A stretch of 62,078 bases of DNA, the filler included, from Catajapyx aquilonaris (taxonomy: Eukaryota), in NCBI GenBank assembly GCA_000934665.2. It is 2 parts of 2 records of this genome, joined end to end, with 100 filler letters (N's around TTAATTAATTAA, not from the genome) between each part and the next. Parts side by side here need not be neighbours in the genome. Positions count along the whole stretch, not along the records: positions 1 to 31,000 come from JYFJ02004599.1; positions 31,101 to 62,078 come from KZ539179.1. One strand, written 5' to 3'. This document shows positions 29,501 through 42,100 of this stretch, piece after piece; the first letter of the stretch is position 1; each line of letters opens with the position of its first letter. The notes beneath the pieces were generated by a model. The model was not told the origin of the DNA and did no database searches. It was given only the letters and a program-made list of their open reading frames with translations. A program made the position numbers and the translations under genes.

Positions 29501-31000
29501 ACCTTCAACTCTTTTCCAAACCTGCCCCCCCCCCCCCCTGGTATATATTGAGAGGGGGGGTCTAACTGGGACAGTCCCCATCGATTTTTGTGGGACAGAA
29601 GAAGTGCTCTAACCTGTACCAAAATCCGAGCAAGCTGCCGAATTTATCAGCTTGGGTGGGGGACCTTTTTTTTTCTTCTTCTACCCACCCACTTCCCCCC
29701 TTTTTTTTCGTGTAATCTTATCGAGTCACGTGACAGGATTGCAAAAGTTGTGGCTTTTTAGAGCGCTAGTCATTCTAACAGTGGAAATTTTACAAAGTGG
29801 TCGCGGTTAGATTTTTGCAGTGATCCGTTATGTGGTTGTGGTACGTTTTGGGGCGAAATATTTTTTTAACGTCGCGTATTAATTAGCGGGTTATTTTTTT
29901 TTTGGCACGGAATTTAGCACGGAATCGGGCTGTTCAATTATTTTTTCGTTTGATCGATTTTGAGTCAGCGACCCGGATCTTTTTTTTTACGGGGGGCCCG
30001 GATTTCAGCACGTGTTTCGACTACGTTGTTGAAAGAGAAGGGTCCGGTTTTGCTGTTTTTTTTCTGGAGAGAGAGAGAAAAAAAAAAGTCAGACCTTGGA
30101 GCTTCCGTATCAGTTTGTTTGTCATGGAAGCCTTTGATAACCCATTACATGACAGTCGGATGAAAAATGGTGTGCCAACTATATAGGATCAACTGGGAAT
30201 TCGCAAAACGAAAATTGGCACAAATTGCCATTGACCTCATGAGTGAAAAAAATAATTTTTGGACGAAGGAAGCGCTCGGGGGGGGGGTTTATCAAACCAA
30301 ATTCGGCGCTTCCGCAGGATGGCAATTATGTGACCCGTAAAGTGACTGGCTCTCCTAAACTGACGGTGACCTTATTTTAACCGTGTGTCTAACGTATCTG
30401 ACAAAGTTTTAACTCCAAAACTTGAGTGTTGGTTATATAGCAAAGGTGAAGCCGTTAATTATTTTTTTTTACAAAAGAAAATGGTGCAAACGGTGCATCT
30501 GAGATGAGAATCGGCGTGGGATCAATTTTTGTTGATTGTTAGTAGGCCAGCGAGGAAAAATTTGTGTATTGTTGAAGCTGAGGTCAGCTTGGGGCGGGGA
30601 AAAAAAAAAAACCTGTATACGCTTTGATGCGTTTGATATTTCGGCGCGAGAGGGTTCAACTTTAATACTCACCCGTTATTTTTCTTGACGTGTAATTCGA
30701 CACAGCATGTGCTCTTAAGGGCGCCAGGTTGTCTCTCTCTTTTTGCATTTACGCCCTGCTCTTATAAATGGTCAAATTGTTGTTATTATATCGATATGGT
30801 TCGGAAGACTTAAGCAGCCCAGAATTTTCATTGTTTATTTTCATACGAGGGTAGTGTTTCCACCATTTAAAATCCAACCCTCGTATATATATATATTTGC
30901 AAATTTTGTTATTAGTTCTGGGAAGGTTTTAGCAATATACGGAGAATTTTTTTTTACTTTATTGAGAACTATATCCTGCAGGTAGGTGGCGTGTAGACAG

Positions 31001-31100
31001 NNNNNNNNNNNNNNNNNNNNNNNNNNNNNNNNNNNNNNNNNNNNTTAATTAATTAANNNNNNNNNNNNNNNNNNNNNNNNNNNNNNNNNNNNNNNNNNNN
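31001..31100. other. Artificial contig linker (N44-TTAATTAATTAA-N44)
   Basis: Exactly 100 nt, symmetric, with the six-frame stop 12-mer at 31045-31056. Confidence 0.95.
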
Positions 31101-31601
31101 GGGGTAGATCAATACGTTGCGTCACTGACTGCGCACTGACGTCATCAGGACTTTGGGGGAAGGGGGTGGGTGGGGGAGATTGGGAGGTGCCTTGGGCGCG
31201 CGCCGATTTTGCAAGAACGATTGGTCCAGTGGCGCTGGCTCGGACTTGGCCTGCCGAAGGATGGACCTTACTTGGGTTTTTTTTAATATAGGTATAGGGT
31301 GGGTAGCGGGGGGAGGTCGAAACAAAACTCCCACACACACATGGCTATACACCCACTTGCACTCATGCTCAAAATGTCAGTAGGTGAGGATTACACAAAG
31401 TCAGTCTCCACAGTCAACGCATATAGGGACAGAATCACCCCTCAGCCAATTCTATGTATGAAGACAGCGCATAGGGACAGAGTCACGCCCAGCCAATTCT
31501 ACGTATGACTAGTATAGTAAACCGGTAGCCAAATGTTGGCAACACTGCTTGGCCCACCTCCCATCTTGGACGTAGTACGATATGCTACTACCAGTTGGAG
31601 C

Positions 31602-31861
31602 TTTTAGTGGGGGGCTTAACGTCGGCCTATTTCTGCCGCTAAGTCTCAACACCGACGCCAGGGGGTGGTCCTCCTCCTGGAAATTTGGCCACTCTGGGGA
31701 TCTTTAACGTGCTCTCGCGCAATGTCGCAAGCACACGGGACCGACGGCTTTACTTCACCTCCGAAGGAAAAAAGTCGGAGAAAAGTCACCGACCTCGGCA
31801 GGGTTCGAACCCACAACTTTGGGACCAGAGGCGCTAACCACTAGTCCACCGGCGCTATCTA
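31602..31861 (-). mobile_element. tRNA-derived SINE with 13-bp target-site duplication
   Basis: Minus-strand head GCGCCGGTGGACTAGTGGTTAGCG (A box) ... GGGTTCGAACCC (B box); body GTAAAGCCGTCGGTCCC...GCACGTTAAAGATCCCC; TSD TACCAGTTGGAGC at 31589-31601 and 31862-31874. Confidence 0.88.
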
Positions 31862-32248
31862 TACCAGTTGGAGCATAGGCACTCCCTCTGCACACTCCTG
31901 CCACTCTCAGGACAAAAGTAGTACTACATGCACGTTGGTGATGAATCCCTAAGCGGACAAAGTACTCCAGAGCTATACTACTCTGTCTTCTAATTGAGGC
32001 GCTGACATGGGAAAGAGAAAATGTGCCTCAAAAAGAAAAACAAAGTAGCCTACAATTAAATGTTAAAATTATAAACTGCTTTTACTTTGACTCTTTATCA
32101 CTTTTGTAACAAAATCCAACAATGAGAATGCTTTTGTGTAATAAAGTCTGCTTCATGGTGTTATCAAAACTGTTTTTTTTTGCCTAGCCCCTGTACAAAT
32201 GTATATTGTGGAGACTTACGCCCTTTTCCATGTAATTACCTCAACTGT

Positions 32249-32424
32249 TGAACGGGGAAAGTGATAACTATGGTAACTACATGCACCTAGGTGATGAGTC
32301 AGCTTGTTTACGGGGTGGAGTCACTATGATTATTTGGTTAGCTGGGCGAGACTTTGTCCCTACGCGTTGACTCATCACCAATGTGCATGTAGTAACCATG
32401 ATAGTTTACCACCTTCCCCGTTCA
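32249..32424. mobile_element. MITE / fold-back element with about 55-bp imperfect TIRs
   Basis: TGAACGGGGAAAGTGATAACTATGGTAACTACATGCACCTAGGTGATGAGTCA matches the reverse complement of 32368-32424. Confidence 0.8.
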
Positions 32425-32568
32425 GTAATGACAGGACATAAACAGGTTCATTCTTTATAGAGGCCAGAGACGTTGGGACACACTCCAATGGATGCGAGAG
32501 ACATCCTGTGATTATAGCGCCCTGGTGGGCTTTGTCCACCAACCCATCACCAACGCGCGGGAAGTACT

Positions 32569-32750
32569 GTGTGCCCTCTGAGAGTGGCGGTAGTGTACAG
32601 AAAGGGAGGATGCGCCATCTACGTGAGGGCGGATGTGACACTCCTTGCCAAACCTGAACTGTGGCCTTTTGGCAGCGGACCACCCTGTACCCTGATGCCA
32701 AACAATGTTTGCCACAGTCAACTGTATAATCTGTGTATATTCCACCCGTT
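32569..32750 (+). pseudogene. Possible decayed APE endonuclease fragment of a non-LTR retrotransposon
   Basis: RKGGCAIYVR resembles the GGGVAIYV motif; NCIICVYS in a shifted frame resembles the I..VY.PP motif; short and weak. Confidence 0.3.
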
Positions 32751-33962
32751 ACACGGAACAGTACAAACCAAACATTCACGCAGGGTTGGAAATACTATAG
32801 ATCAGACGGAAACCTTAAGGCTTTATACCACCGGCAATGTTGTCAATGCCTCGATCAACCGCAACAATGTAAAGGTCACAGCTACTTTTTGCCGGAAGTC
32901 GATGTGTCAAAACTCGGCCGTTTCCAGGCGAGAATTGACATTTTGATCCGTTCAAAAGGTCAGAATCAGTTAGCGTTAAGATCGGTTTGTAAAAAGACAT
33001 TTAAAAAAACACATCGCACACAACACAAAAGATGGTTTAATGCCAAATGTCACACATTGTATACACCCAAAGTTGCATAACTGAATGTTTGTGTGTATAT
33101 GGAGCATTTTATAGATCAACACGTCCAATTGTTCAGGATTCCTGTTGCTACTGTCAGATCAATTACTGTCAAGAAATATTGAGCTAAATAGTTTCAGGAC
33201 TCCGTAGCCTGTCATGAGCAATCATTGCAAGATTTCGTGGAAATCTTTCCCTTTCCAACGATCTTCCTGTTGCTGGAGAACATCAGCAAATCCAAAGTAT
33301 AATGGGTACGAAACGGGTATGAAACACTCAGTTTGGATTATAGCCTGTATCCAAGGCGAGCTATAATACTTGTATTCGCTACAATATTAGGTCGTGTAGG
33401 CTTATTATCTCAAATACCATCAAATGCTGTTCCGTTTTAGTCAGCGATTTTTCGCCCTAAGCTGTATACGAGTAGGAACAGTTACTTACAGAAGCAACCA
33501 AAAAATATTAGCCTCTAATAGTAGGTCGAGTACTGTCAAATACCCTCTTTTCTGTTCTAACTGTGTGTTCATTCTAGTTAGTTACATTTAGCCTCAAGCT
33601 TAGTGAGTATTTTGAGCAGGTACTTAGGAACCATTACTACTAGATACGATCGAAAAATATTAGCGGCTATCTAGCCAAAACTGTCCACGTGGTACTATAT
33701 CAATCCCTCACGCATATGGCGTATCCTCCCTCTCTGCACACTACTGCCACTATCAGGGTCGGGCGAAATGGAACTACATGCACGTAGCTGAGCGGAGATG
33801 ATGACTCGCCCCGGACAAACACAGACCCAAGCCAATGGATCCATCATCCTTCCTCCAATGTGGCCTGGCTACGACCCTCCCTCCCGCCCGGATCCAGACT
33901 CGGGACAAGTCATTAAAATTTAACCCGGGCAAGGTTATCCATAATTAGGACCCCCCCCCCCC

Positions 33963-34234
33963 NNNNNNNNNNNNNNNNNNNNNNNNNNNNNNNNNNNNNN
34001 NNNNNNNNNNNNNNNNNNNNNNNNNNNNNNNNNNNNNNNNNNNNNNNNNNNNNNNNNNNNNNNNNNNNNNNNNNNNNNNNNNNNNNNNNNNNNNNNNNNN
34101 NNNNNNNNNNNNNNNNNNNNNNNNNNNNNNNNNNNNNNNNNNNNNNNNNNNNNNNNNNNNNNNNNNNNNNNNNNNNNNNNNNNNNNNNNNNNNNNNNNNN
34201 NNNNNNNNNNNNNNNNNNNNNNNNNNNNNNNNNN
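33963..34234. other. Assembly gap flanked by C-run (left) and G-run (right)
   Basis: N run. Confidence 0.99.
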
Positions 34235-34707
34235 GGGGGGGGGGGAGTCTAATGGATCCAGTGCTCTGTCAGGAGATGCAGTGATACAACCTGCATTATT
34301 CGTATGCGGCCACGCCTCTACTGTAATCTTAAAACCAGAACTCTGCTGGTAGTAGCCCAAGTTCCTGGTGTAATAAACACCCCCTCAAAACACCATGGTC
34401 AAATAATGGTTCTGTCCCAATAGGTGTTAACAGCGTGTGAGTTAGCTACAATCAGAGTCGATCGTATCAGTTAGGTTTAATATTAAATAATCTGATTTAA
34501 CCATATTTTTCCGACGGGTCCATACAACCTGCTACTAAGCAGCTAATATCGCGTCAAGTTCCAAAGTAACTGTTTAAAAATAAATAGCTTAGGGCGAAAG
34601 ATCACGACTGAATCACTAAGAGGGACACTGTGGTTTCCCATGGTCCCCCCAGGATAATTACAATGTCGTTTCCGTAAAAATAGGCCACAGCCACTTCCTT
34701 CCTACCC

Positions 34708-34800
34708 TACACTCTAAGAAATGTCCGGGTTAAATATATTTGTCCCGGAAAAATATCACTTTTGTCATGGTTATTTAACCCGGACATTTCTTATAGTGTA
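34708..34800. mobile_element. Small MITE with 29-bp TIRs beginning (TA)CACT
   Basis: TACACTCTAAGAAATGTCCGGGTTAAATA / TATTTAACCCGGACATTTCTTATAGTGTA, one mismatch. Confidence 0.8.
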
Positions 34801-34879
34801 TCCTTGGTCCCATCCAATGGTGGTATTCCACCCCCCTAATGGAGCGCAGTTCTCCCAAATAAATAAACAAACAAACAAA

Positions 34880-35210
34880 CAAACGAGAGGGACACCTTAT
34901 TACCATCTAATATTTCAGCAGCTATAAATACCGGTAACTGATGCTTAAAATAAGCCGCTTAAGGCGAAAAATCACCAATGGGACACCATCAGAGCATAAG
35001 AGCTAATAGTTTAGCAGTTAATGTAGCGTCTAGAAATAACTGTTGCTTAAAATAGACAGCTGCTTAGGGCGAAATATCACCGAGGGACACCTTAGCAGTT
35101 AGCATCTAATATTTTAGCAGCTAATGTAGAGTTTAGAAAATATTGCTAGAAAGTAATTGCTTAAAATAATATTCTTATGGCGAAAAATCACTGTAAGGGA
35201 CACCTTCGAG
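34880..35210. repeat. Degenerate tandem repeat, period about 100-120 bp
   Basis: Recurring GCTTAAAATA...TTA(A/G/T)GGCGAAA(A/T)ATCAC...GGGACACC near 34945, 35046, 35160; related copies near 34585 and inverted near 33442. Confidence 0.65.
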
Positions 35211-36165
35211 TGACATGACATGACTTTGGGACTAATGTTAATGTGGATGTTTTTGTAACGGATTAAGTTATCGATATGATCTGCACACGAATATGTAGAG
35301 GAAGGTTGAGGGTGCAAACCTTAATAATGCATTTATTGGGAAAACATTTCTGCTGATACCAAAAAAAACCTTAAAATCTGTCACAAAAAGTCACTTACAG
35401 TACACAGGGTGTGTCATAAATATTCCAACAAAGTTATAAACGTATTATTTTGTCTCCACACATTATTTTGTCATCATTACACCGTATATATTATTATTAT
35501 CTTTCAGGCATGATTACCTACAAGTTTCTATTTATTGTCATAAAATGCATGTAAAATGGTGTGTATTGCTTCCTAATAAGATCAAGGTTCTGATCAATAC
35601 TTGGAAGTATAAATAAATAAATACTCCATGATTTGTACTTAGCTGTACCGTCATTATAGCTATATAACTGTACTTATCTGTACTGTCAGATCAGTTTTAG
35701 GATCGTGCAAGTACACTCCTAGTATGTACGAGTAATTGTTCAAACCTCGTACGTATCTAAAAATCACGGCATAACTCTGATCCTTCTGCATATCAGTTCT
35801 CTAACTAATTTATGCCACGTTTTCATCTGTTTCATCTGTTCATTTATGACAGATCGTGACGTCACTGTCCGTCACGCCTGCACCAATCCCATCCACTCCC
35901 TCAGCCTCTAGCAGAGAGGTTGACCTACTTTTCTGGCTGACCTCCAACGACCCCGTCATCAGGGGCTCACCCTGTACACCCAATGCCAAGTGTCAAGCAA
36001 TGAGACACCCCACACGGACTATATAGCTGATGCAACCATCACATGATTACAGATCAATAAGTTTGTGCTAGCTGACTAAACTAAACACCCTCCCTCTCCC
36101 TATATAACCCATCACAATACCACGCACCCCATCCCCCCTACCCACCAAAAAACACCCCCCCCCCC

Positions 36166-36334
36166 NNNNNNNNNNNNNNNNNNNNNNNNNNNNNNNNNNN
36201 NNNNNNNNNNNNNNNNNNNNNNNNNNNNNNNNNNNNNNNNNNNNNNNNNNNNNNNNNNNNNNNNNNNNNNNNNNNNNNNNNNNNNNNNNNNNNNNNNNNN
36301 NNNNNNNNNNNNNNNNNNNNNNNNNNNNNNNNNN
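36166..36334. other. Assembly gap flanked by C-run (left) and G-run (right)
   Basis: N run. Confidence 0.99.
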
Positions 36335-36789
36335 GGGGGGGGGGGGAGGAAGGGGGGAGAGGAAAGGGGGGGGGGGGAGAACCTGCGCCCCCGTCACGTC
36401 CAGGGAAACTCATATGTTTCATCCACTGCCGGTCTCCCAACACTTTTACACCACCCCCTGTACTGTACACACAAATTGTTCAGGTGGCATAACGCACAGA
36501 TTAACACCTATTAGTAGCACAAAGATGTTCAACAACTCGTAACAGAGTCGTAATCGGCCTTATGTTTATTTAGATGCCTTCTCAGGGTCCGTTGCATGAA
36601 CATATAACTCGGTGGTTAATCTTAACTCGCATTCATTACAACCGACTCATCAGTAAGCTATATTGAGCCAGAAACAATGATTCAATGCTGTTAACTTCAG
36701 TTATCATTGATAAGCCGGCGAGTACCGAAGTTAACCTTACCAAATGTTTATACATTTGGCCCATGTAATGCGCCAGAAACAATGTTGCA

Positions 36790-37362
36790 TGGCTGTTAAC
36801 TTATGTTAACATTGATCAGATAGTGTTGATCTATGTTAGCGTTGATCAGATTGTGTTAACTTAAGTTAACGTTGATCAGACTGTGTTAACTTAAGTTAAC
36901 GCTGATCAGACTGTGTTAACTTAAGTTAACGCTGATCAGACTGTGTTAACTTAAGTTAACATTGATAAGACAGTGTTTACCTAAGTAAACCTTCACTAAG
37001 ATCTTCATACTCGTACATTCTGCCCATATAGTGTACCAGACACAATGTTGCACAGTTGTTATCTTAAGTTAACTTTGAAAAGAGTGTTGTCTTAACATTG
37101 ATGACACAGTGTTAACCTCAGTTAACATTGATGATACAGTGTTAACCTCTGTTAACATTGATGGCACAGTGTTAACTAACCTCAGTTAATACTGATAAGG
37201 CTGCTAACCTCAGTTAATACTGATAAGGCTGTTAACATCAGTTAATACTGATAAGGCTGTTAACCTCAGTTAATACCAGTAAGACAGTGTTAACCTCAGT
37301 TAACATTGATAAGTCAGTGTTGACCTAAGTTAATATTAATTAGTCTCAACCAAAGTTAACAG
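36790..37362. repeat. 30-bp minisatellite with palindromic unit
   Basis: Unit GTTAACTTAAGTTAACGCTGATCAGACTGT, near-perfect at 36855-36960; variant GTTAACCTCAGTTAATACTGATAAGGCT in the right half. Confidence 0.92.
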
Positions 37363-37890
37363 CCACAAACAAAGTCGCATTAGGAGTTAATTGCCGGTTT
37401 TTGAGTTTCGATCAAACAATTTTAAACTGGTGCTAATCGAATTGATATAAAATTGCGAGTCAAATAAACAAAGTATGCCTCTCAATGTCTATTCCTCTAT
37501 TGTGGCCAAATAAATAAGAACCGATACGTTTTTTCCCCCCCTCGTGTCGCTTACATTTTCAGGGAAACAATTTGCGAGTGTCGAATATATAGGCATTATT
37601 CTGAGGCCATGTTTACCAGTAAGAAAGGATTGATTTCATAACAGATTGAACTAATTTTGGGATGTTTTCTCCTGCACATTGTGTTATATGATTCGCGTGA
37701 TTCTTGCGATTCTTCCGTTTCCTCACACAATCACAGGTTCAGTATATACACAGTCGAGAAATTAAAGAAGAAACCTTTTGTGTGAACGTTAAGGGCAAAA
37801 TATCGAGTTACTCTATATTATGCTGTAATGATACATGGTACCATGATGTATGGAATTTAATTTTTTTTTTTGAATGATATGAGTGGTTAC

Positions 37891-38095
37891 CTTGTTCGAC
37901 CTGAGCGTGACCTTTCCCCCGCAGCGGGCGCAGCAGCGGATTCCGCAGTAGTTGCAGATGTGTCCGACCCCGTCTGCGAACTTGGTCTTGAGGCAGATCT
38001 GACATGTGGCGTCCAGCTCCACCCCTGCCTTCCTCTGCTGCTCGTTCCGGGCCCTGATCGCGTCCTCCAGAACCTTCACCTCGTCTTGCTTCCTT
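37891..38095 (-). CDS. Rim: Rab3-interacting molecule (RIM/unc-10) coding exon 2: end of Rab-binding helix and start of FYVE-type zinc finger
   Basis: RKQDEVKVLEDAIRARNEQQRKAGVELDATCQICLKTKFADGVGHICNYCGIRCCARCGGKVTLRSNK; acceptor ACCAG|AAG, donor AAG|GTAACC; phase matches exon 1. Confidence 0.93.
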
Positions 38096-39046
38096 CTGGT
38101 CACCACGAGTGTCACCAATCACAGCAGCACAGGAAGAAAGAAATGGCCAAGTGTTAGAAATCTCATTGTATACAGTATAAACGGCGAAGTTGGTCGGTAT
38201 GTATGTTTGTCCGGGTTACCTAACCCACTTCCGGACTACTGAGAGTCTGAGACAGGCAGGGTGCGCCATATATGCGAGAGATTTGGTACTACGCTGTTTG
38301 CGTTCATGGCAGGAAAAAAAAATATAGATGGAATCTATTTTTGAACCGGTCACGACACACTGTTTGATCATCGGGATTCCTAGCAATAATCGTGGGCGGC
38401 CATGTGAGACGTGATTCAATTGCGTGCCACTATAGCTGGGTACATCTACAGGGTGCGACATAAACTGTGATTTAAAATTAGTTTTGTGGACAGCAACCCA
38501 GTTTTTTAAAAAAAAATGGCCATTAGGGAGTCAAACAGCACTGTCTGAAGACGAGTTGTTGGGAGTAAACAATCAGCAAATTATTCATAAGTACAACCCA
38601 TTTCAACTGCGGATTTGGGCAGTACACCACCCTGTATGAACTATTCGATCGCATTTTCATGCATTGGTTGCTGGACATGGGAGGCAGAAAGTTCGTTCAT
38701 GCAAGAATCCCATTCAAAACCAAATTAAGTGTTTGTGAAGAACGGAAGATGAAAAAAACAAACAACAACAACAAGAGACTAAGTACACGCAAAACGTAAA
38801 TAATCGCACGCAATAGGAAAAAATAGAAACTTTTCCATACCGATTTTTTTCCTTCAATTTCTTTGCCTAATACCTATCAAGCTCACGTCGAATAATTCCA
38901 TAAAATAATGACAAAAGCCACACACTTTTTTCTTTGCAAGTTCTATTTGTTTGTTATGTTCATATTTACGTTATATTAGAAGTGAATATTTTTGCTTCCC
39001 AGTATCTGTTAGTGGCTAACATATTTTAAAGCAGCTTACTTGTTAG

Positions 39047-39112
39047 TACAGCGAAACCTGTGAAGTTGGACACCTTAATAAGTTGGATACCTTCCTATGT
39101 TGGACATTTTTC
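39047..39112 (+). mobile_element. Left end of a Tc1/pogo-like DNA transposon or MITE with 17-bp subterminal repeats
   Basis: TA-CAGCGAAACCTGTGAAGTTGGACACCTTAATAAGTTGGATACCTTCCTATGTTGGACA; no matching right terminus seen. Confidence 0.55.
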
Positions 39113-42100
39113 TTGAAACAATCAGTGATGTCCACTGTAATAAGCATTACAAGTGCGGATTATTCCCTTGTAATACAGCGTAAAAAATAAACTTGTGCTT
39201 ATGTCGTGACCGTACCAAAAACTGTGTACTCTGCCATAAATTATGTTTGCTTCCAGCTTTATTTAGCTTTCCAGACGTTATCCACCCCCCGATATAGCCG
39301 GATGACGAATGAGCCAACGCAAATACAACCAATGGATGAGCATACTGGATGCGTACCGTTCAATGAATTACAGCTGAGATATCGGATAAGTCTATTACAT
39401 TGATTTTTTTAACGAGTACAACCGAATGCGCACCACTGTTCACGCAGCGTACACAGTTGGAATTATCAGTAACAACTTGTTAATTCCAACGCTACACGAA
39501 AGCATAGCACTCGAGTAAGGTATGGCGGTGTCACCTTGAGCTAAAAGAAAAAAAGAGATGGTCGGTCATGTCAAAACACGGTTCCCTAATTTGGGTTGGC
39601 CAAAAACCAATCAGAAAATCCGAGAGAGTGGTTGCCGAGCCCTGAGAGTAGTGCGAGTCATGATCTCATTTGGCGTACTTCCGGTGAAAAAGGTAATTGC
39701 TTTAGCGGACCACATGAGTAGGATACCCTGGCCTTTTTGCTTGCAGAAAATGCCTCCATTTTGGTGCCAAATTGAATTGCAAGTCTCTCTACGCCATCAG
39801 GGACTATTCTTCTTGATGGTAAAAATGGTGTGTTCCAAGCCTTTGTTGTATATAGGTCTTTCCCATCTCAGTTTTGATCATTAATTATTAATTATTAATT
39901 AAATTACATTATTGCTATCCCATCAACAGCCCTTATTTCGTGAGGTCAAAAGCCGTTCGCCACTGTCTCCGCGTTTCGTGCTAGTTGATAAGGAAGGTGC
40001 CCTGTGTTGGAGGAAGGAAATGCTCACATGTTCATCTGCATAACCGTCCATTACTATAGTCTATAGTCTATTCTTGTCTATGAGATAAAGGCAAACATTT
40101 CGTGTCCCGACCGCTGCAAACTCGCCATTGACTCTGTGCTTTTCTTTACGAGGCCCTTTCTCTCTCACCCTGTCATTAACTGCAATGACCACTTATCACC
40201 CCTCAACAAATGGCACTGTTATTCATCTTATCATTATGTTTTGTAATAAATAATTACAAAATTAATTCGCAGAAGTTACGATGTCTTTCACTATTACTAG
40301 CTATATATAGTGTATCCGATTGCCAAATTTGGCAACACTGCCCGGCCCGCACCACTTGGACGTAGTACGATATGCCACAACCAGATGGCTGACATTCTCT
40401 CTGTATACCTTGTGTATGTGGAAGCATATTTATAGACCAGGATGCCAATTGTGTGTGAGAGATTTACATGATAAGTAAAGAGTAGGTGTCGGGTGGCAGC
40501 GAATCCGCATCATGCACACTATGATATATATTAATACACCTCCTTCCAAGCAGCGGCCAATCCAACACCCTTGTAAAAACCCCTGTCACGAACACATGAC
40601 GCATGGGGAAAATTGCTTGTTTAATCTTAACTGATGCAGATAATGGCCATGTCCCAACAAGCCAAAAGGATCAATAACCCGGATATTGATCCGGACACAC
40701 ACAACAGATGACAAGAAAGTCAATGGGGCACCAGGACCACCGTCGCAGCACCTCAACAAAAAAAAAAGTGGTGTAAATTCCTCTCCGTTTTTATGCTTAT
40801 TTCGAATTTATTTAAGACGAAATTACTCTAGTTGATTTTAGCACATTCAGCTGGTGATAATCGCTTGTTAAGTTGAGCAATATGGCTCATCCTGCGAGTT
40901 AGGCAACATCTAGGATAACATGACCCCCAGGCGTTTTGTCCCAATAATGAGGGATCACCCTGTACATGTAGTATTGGCATGAAAGTATCGTGTAACTTGG
41001 TGCGAAGGCTATTTGCAATGGATAACAGTGTGTGATATTGATCAGCCGGTAAACCTTGCAGTTGGGAGGGGGGTAATTTGCTGCGTGCTTAGCCAGTGGA
41101 ATCTAATTATCGCACCGGTGCCTGGGATGCACAGTGGTCGTGGCGGTTTGCGTCAAAAAGCAACTACAAATGCAAAGAAGGTGCCCCGGTTATTATTACT
41201 ATACCTGATGCAACAAAAATTCAACGTATTACCAAAGTCCCGCGCCACGAAAATCAAAAACAACTATCAGCACTCTAGCAAGGTTTACAATGCTCATGGT
41301 TCGTGTCCGGAACTTTTCTTTAGGCATATAATACAAGTATATGGCACAAAGAAATTATTTTATTTTATTTTTTTGAGTGATTTTCTACTCAACTTCAGGT
41401 AAAAATCCATTTTTCTACACAGAAATTGTGAGAAAACTATTTCAGTAAAATAGCCACTATATTCAAGCAGTTACTTCAGAACAGCTATACTTTCAGAGGC
41501 TGTCACAAATTATTAACACCTAATATTTGAGTTATTTTTCCATCTTACTTTTTGAGCGTGAATCAATATTATAACTCCATAAATAAATTGTCCGAGTACT
41601 ATTTCAGTTAAATTCAGCCAATCAAATTTTCTGGCACTAACCTGCTTATTTTAAGCAGTACCTTCACAACAGCTGTCACAAATATCAACAACTAATATTA
41701 GGTTATCTACACACCAATTGAGTTATTTTCCATCTTTCGACACACTTTTTGAGTGAAAAATTCCCATCAGTTAAAACTAAAAAATTCCATCACAATATAT
41801 AATATTTTCGGTGTAAAATACAGTCTGTCATTAACATCATGATTATTTTTAAGTAGCTACTTTTTTACAGCTGCTTTTGGAAGTTGTCGCAAATATTTCC
41901 AGCTATAATATTAGGTCGATTGCGAATTTTGAACTAATGCAGAACAATCAAAGCTTTTGAAAAGTGACCCCAAGGTGGTAGCAAGAGATCAAAAAATGGT
42001 CACTATATATTCATGCCCTTAAATAATTTCGTCCATTTAAGCCAATATTTTTAAATAACAGTTAGAAAATAAGCTGCTTAGTTCCAAAAAAATGCCTGAA

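Noticed and set aside
12400..31000. Many 60-130 aa ORFs in the region downstream of the mannosidase exon
   Set aside because: No recognisable domains, no consistent splice phases, homopolymer-rich; no GH47 or RIM exons found by eye.
31790..31856. tRNA gene
   Set aside because: A and B boxes are present but there is no complete cloverleaf, and it continues into a SINE body bounded by a TSD.
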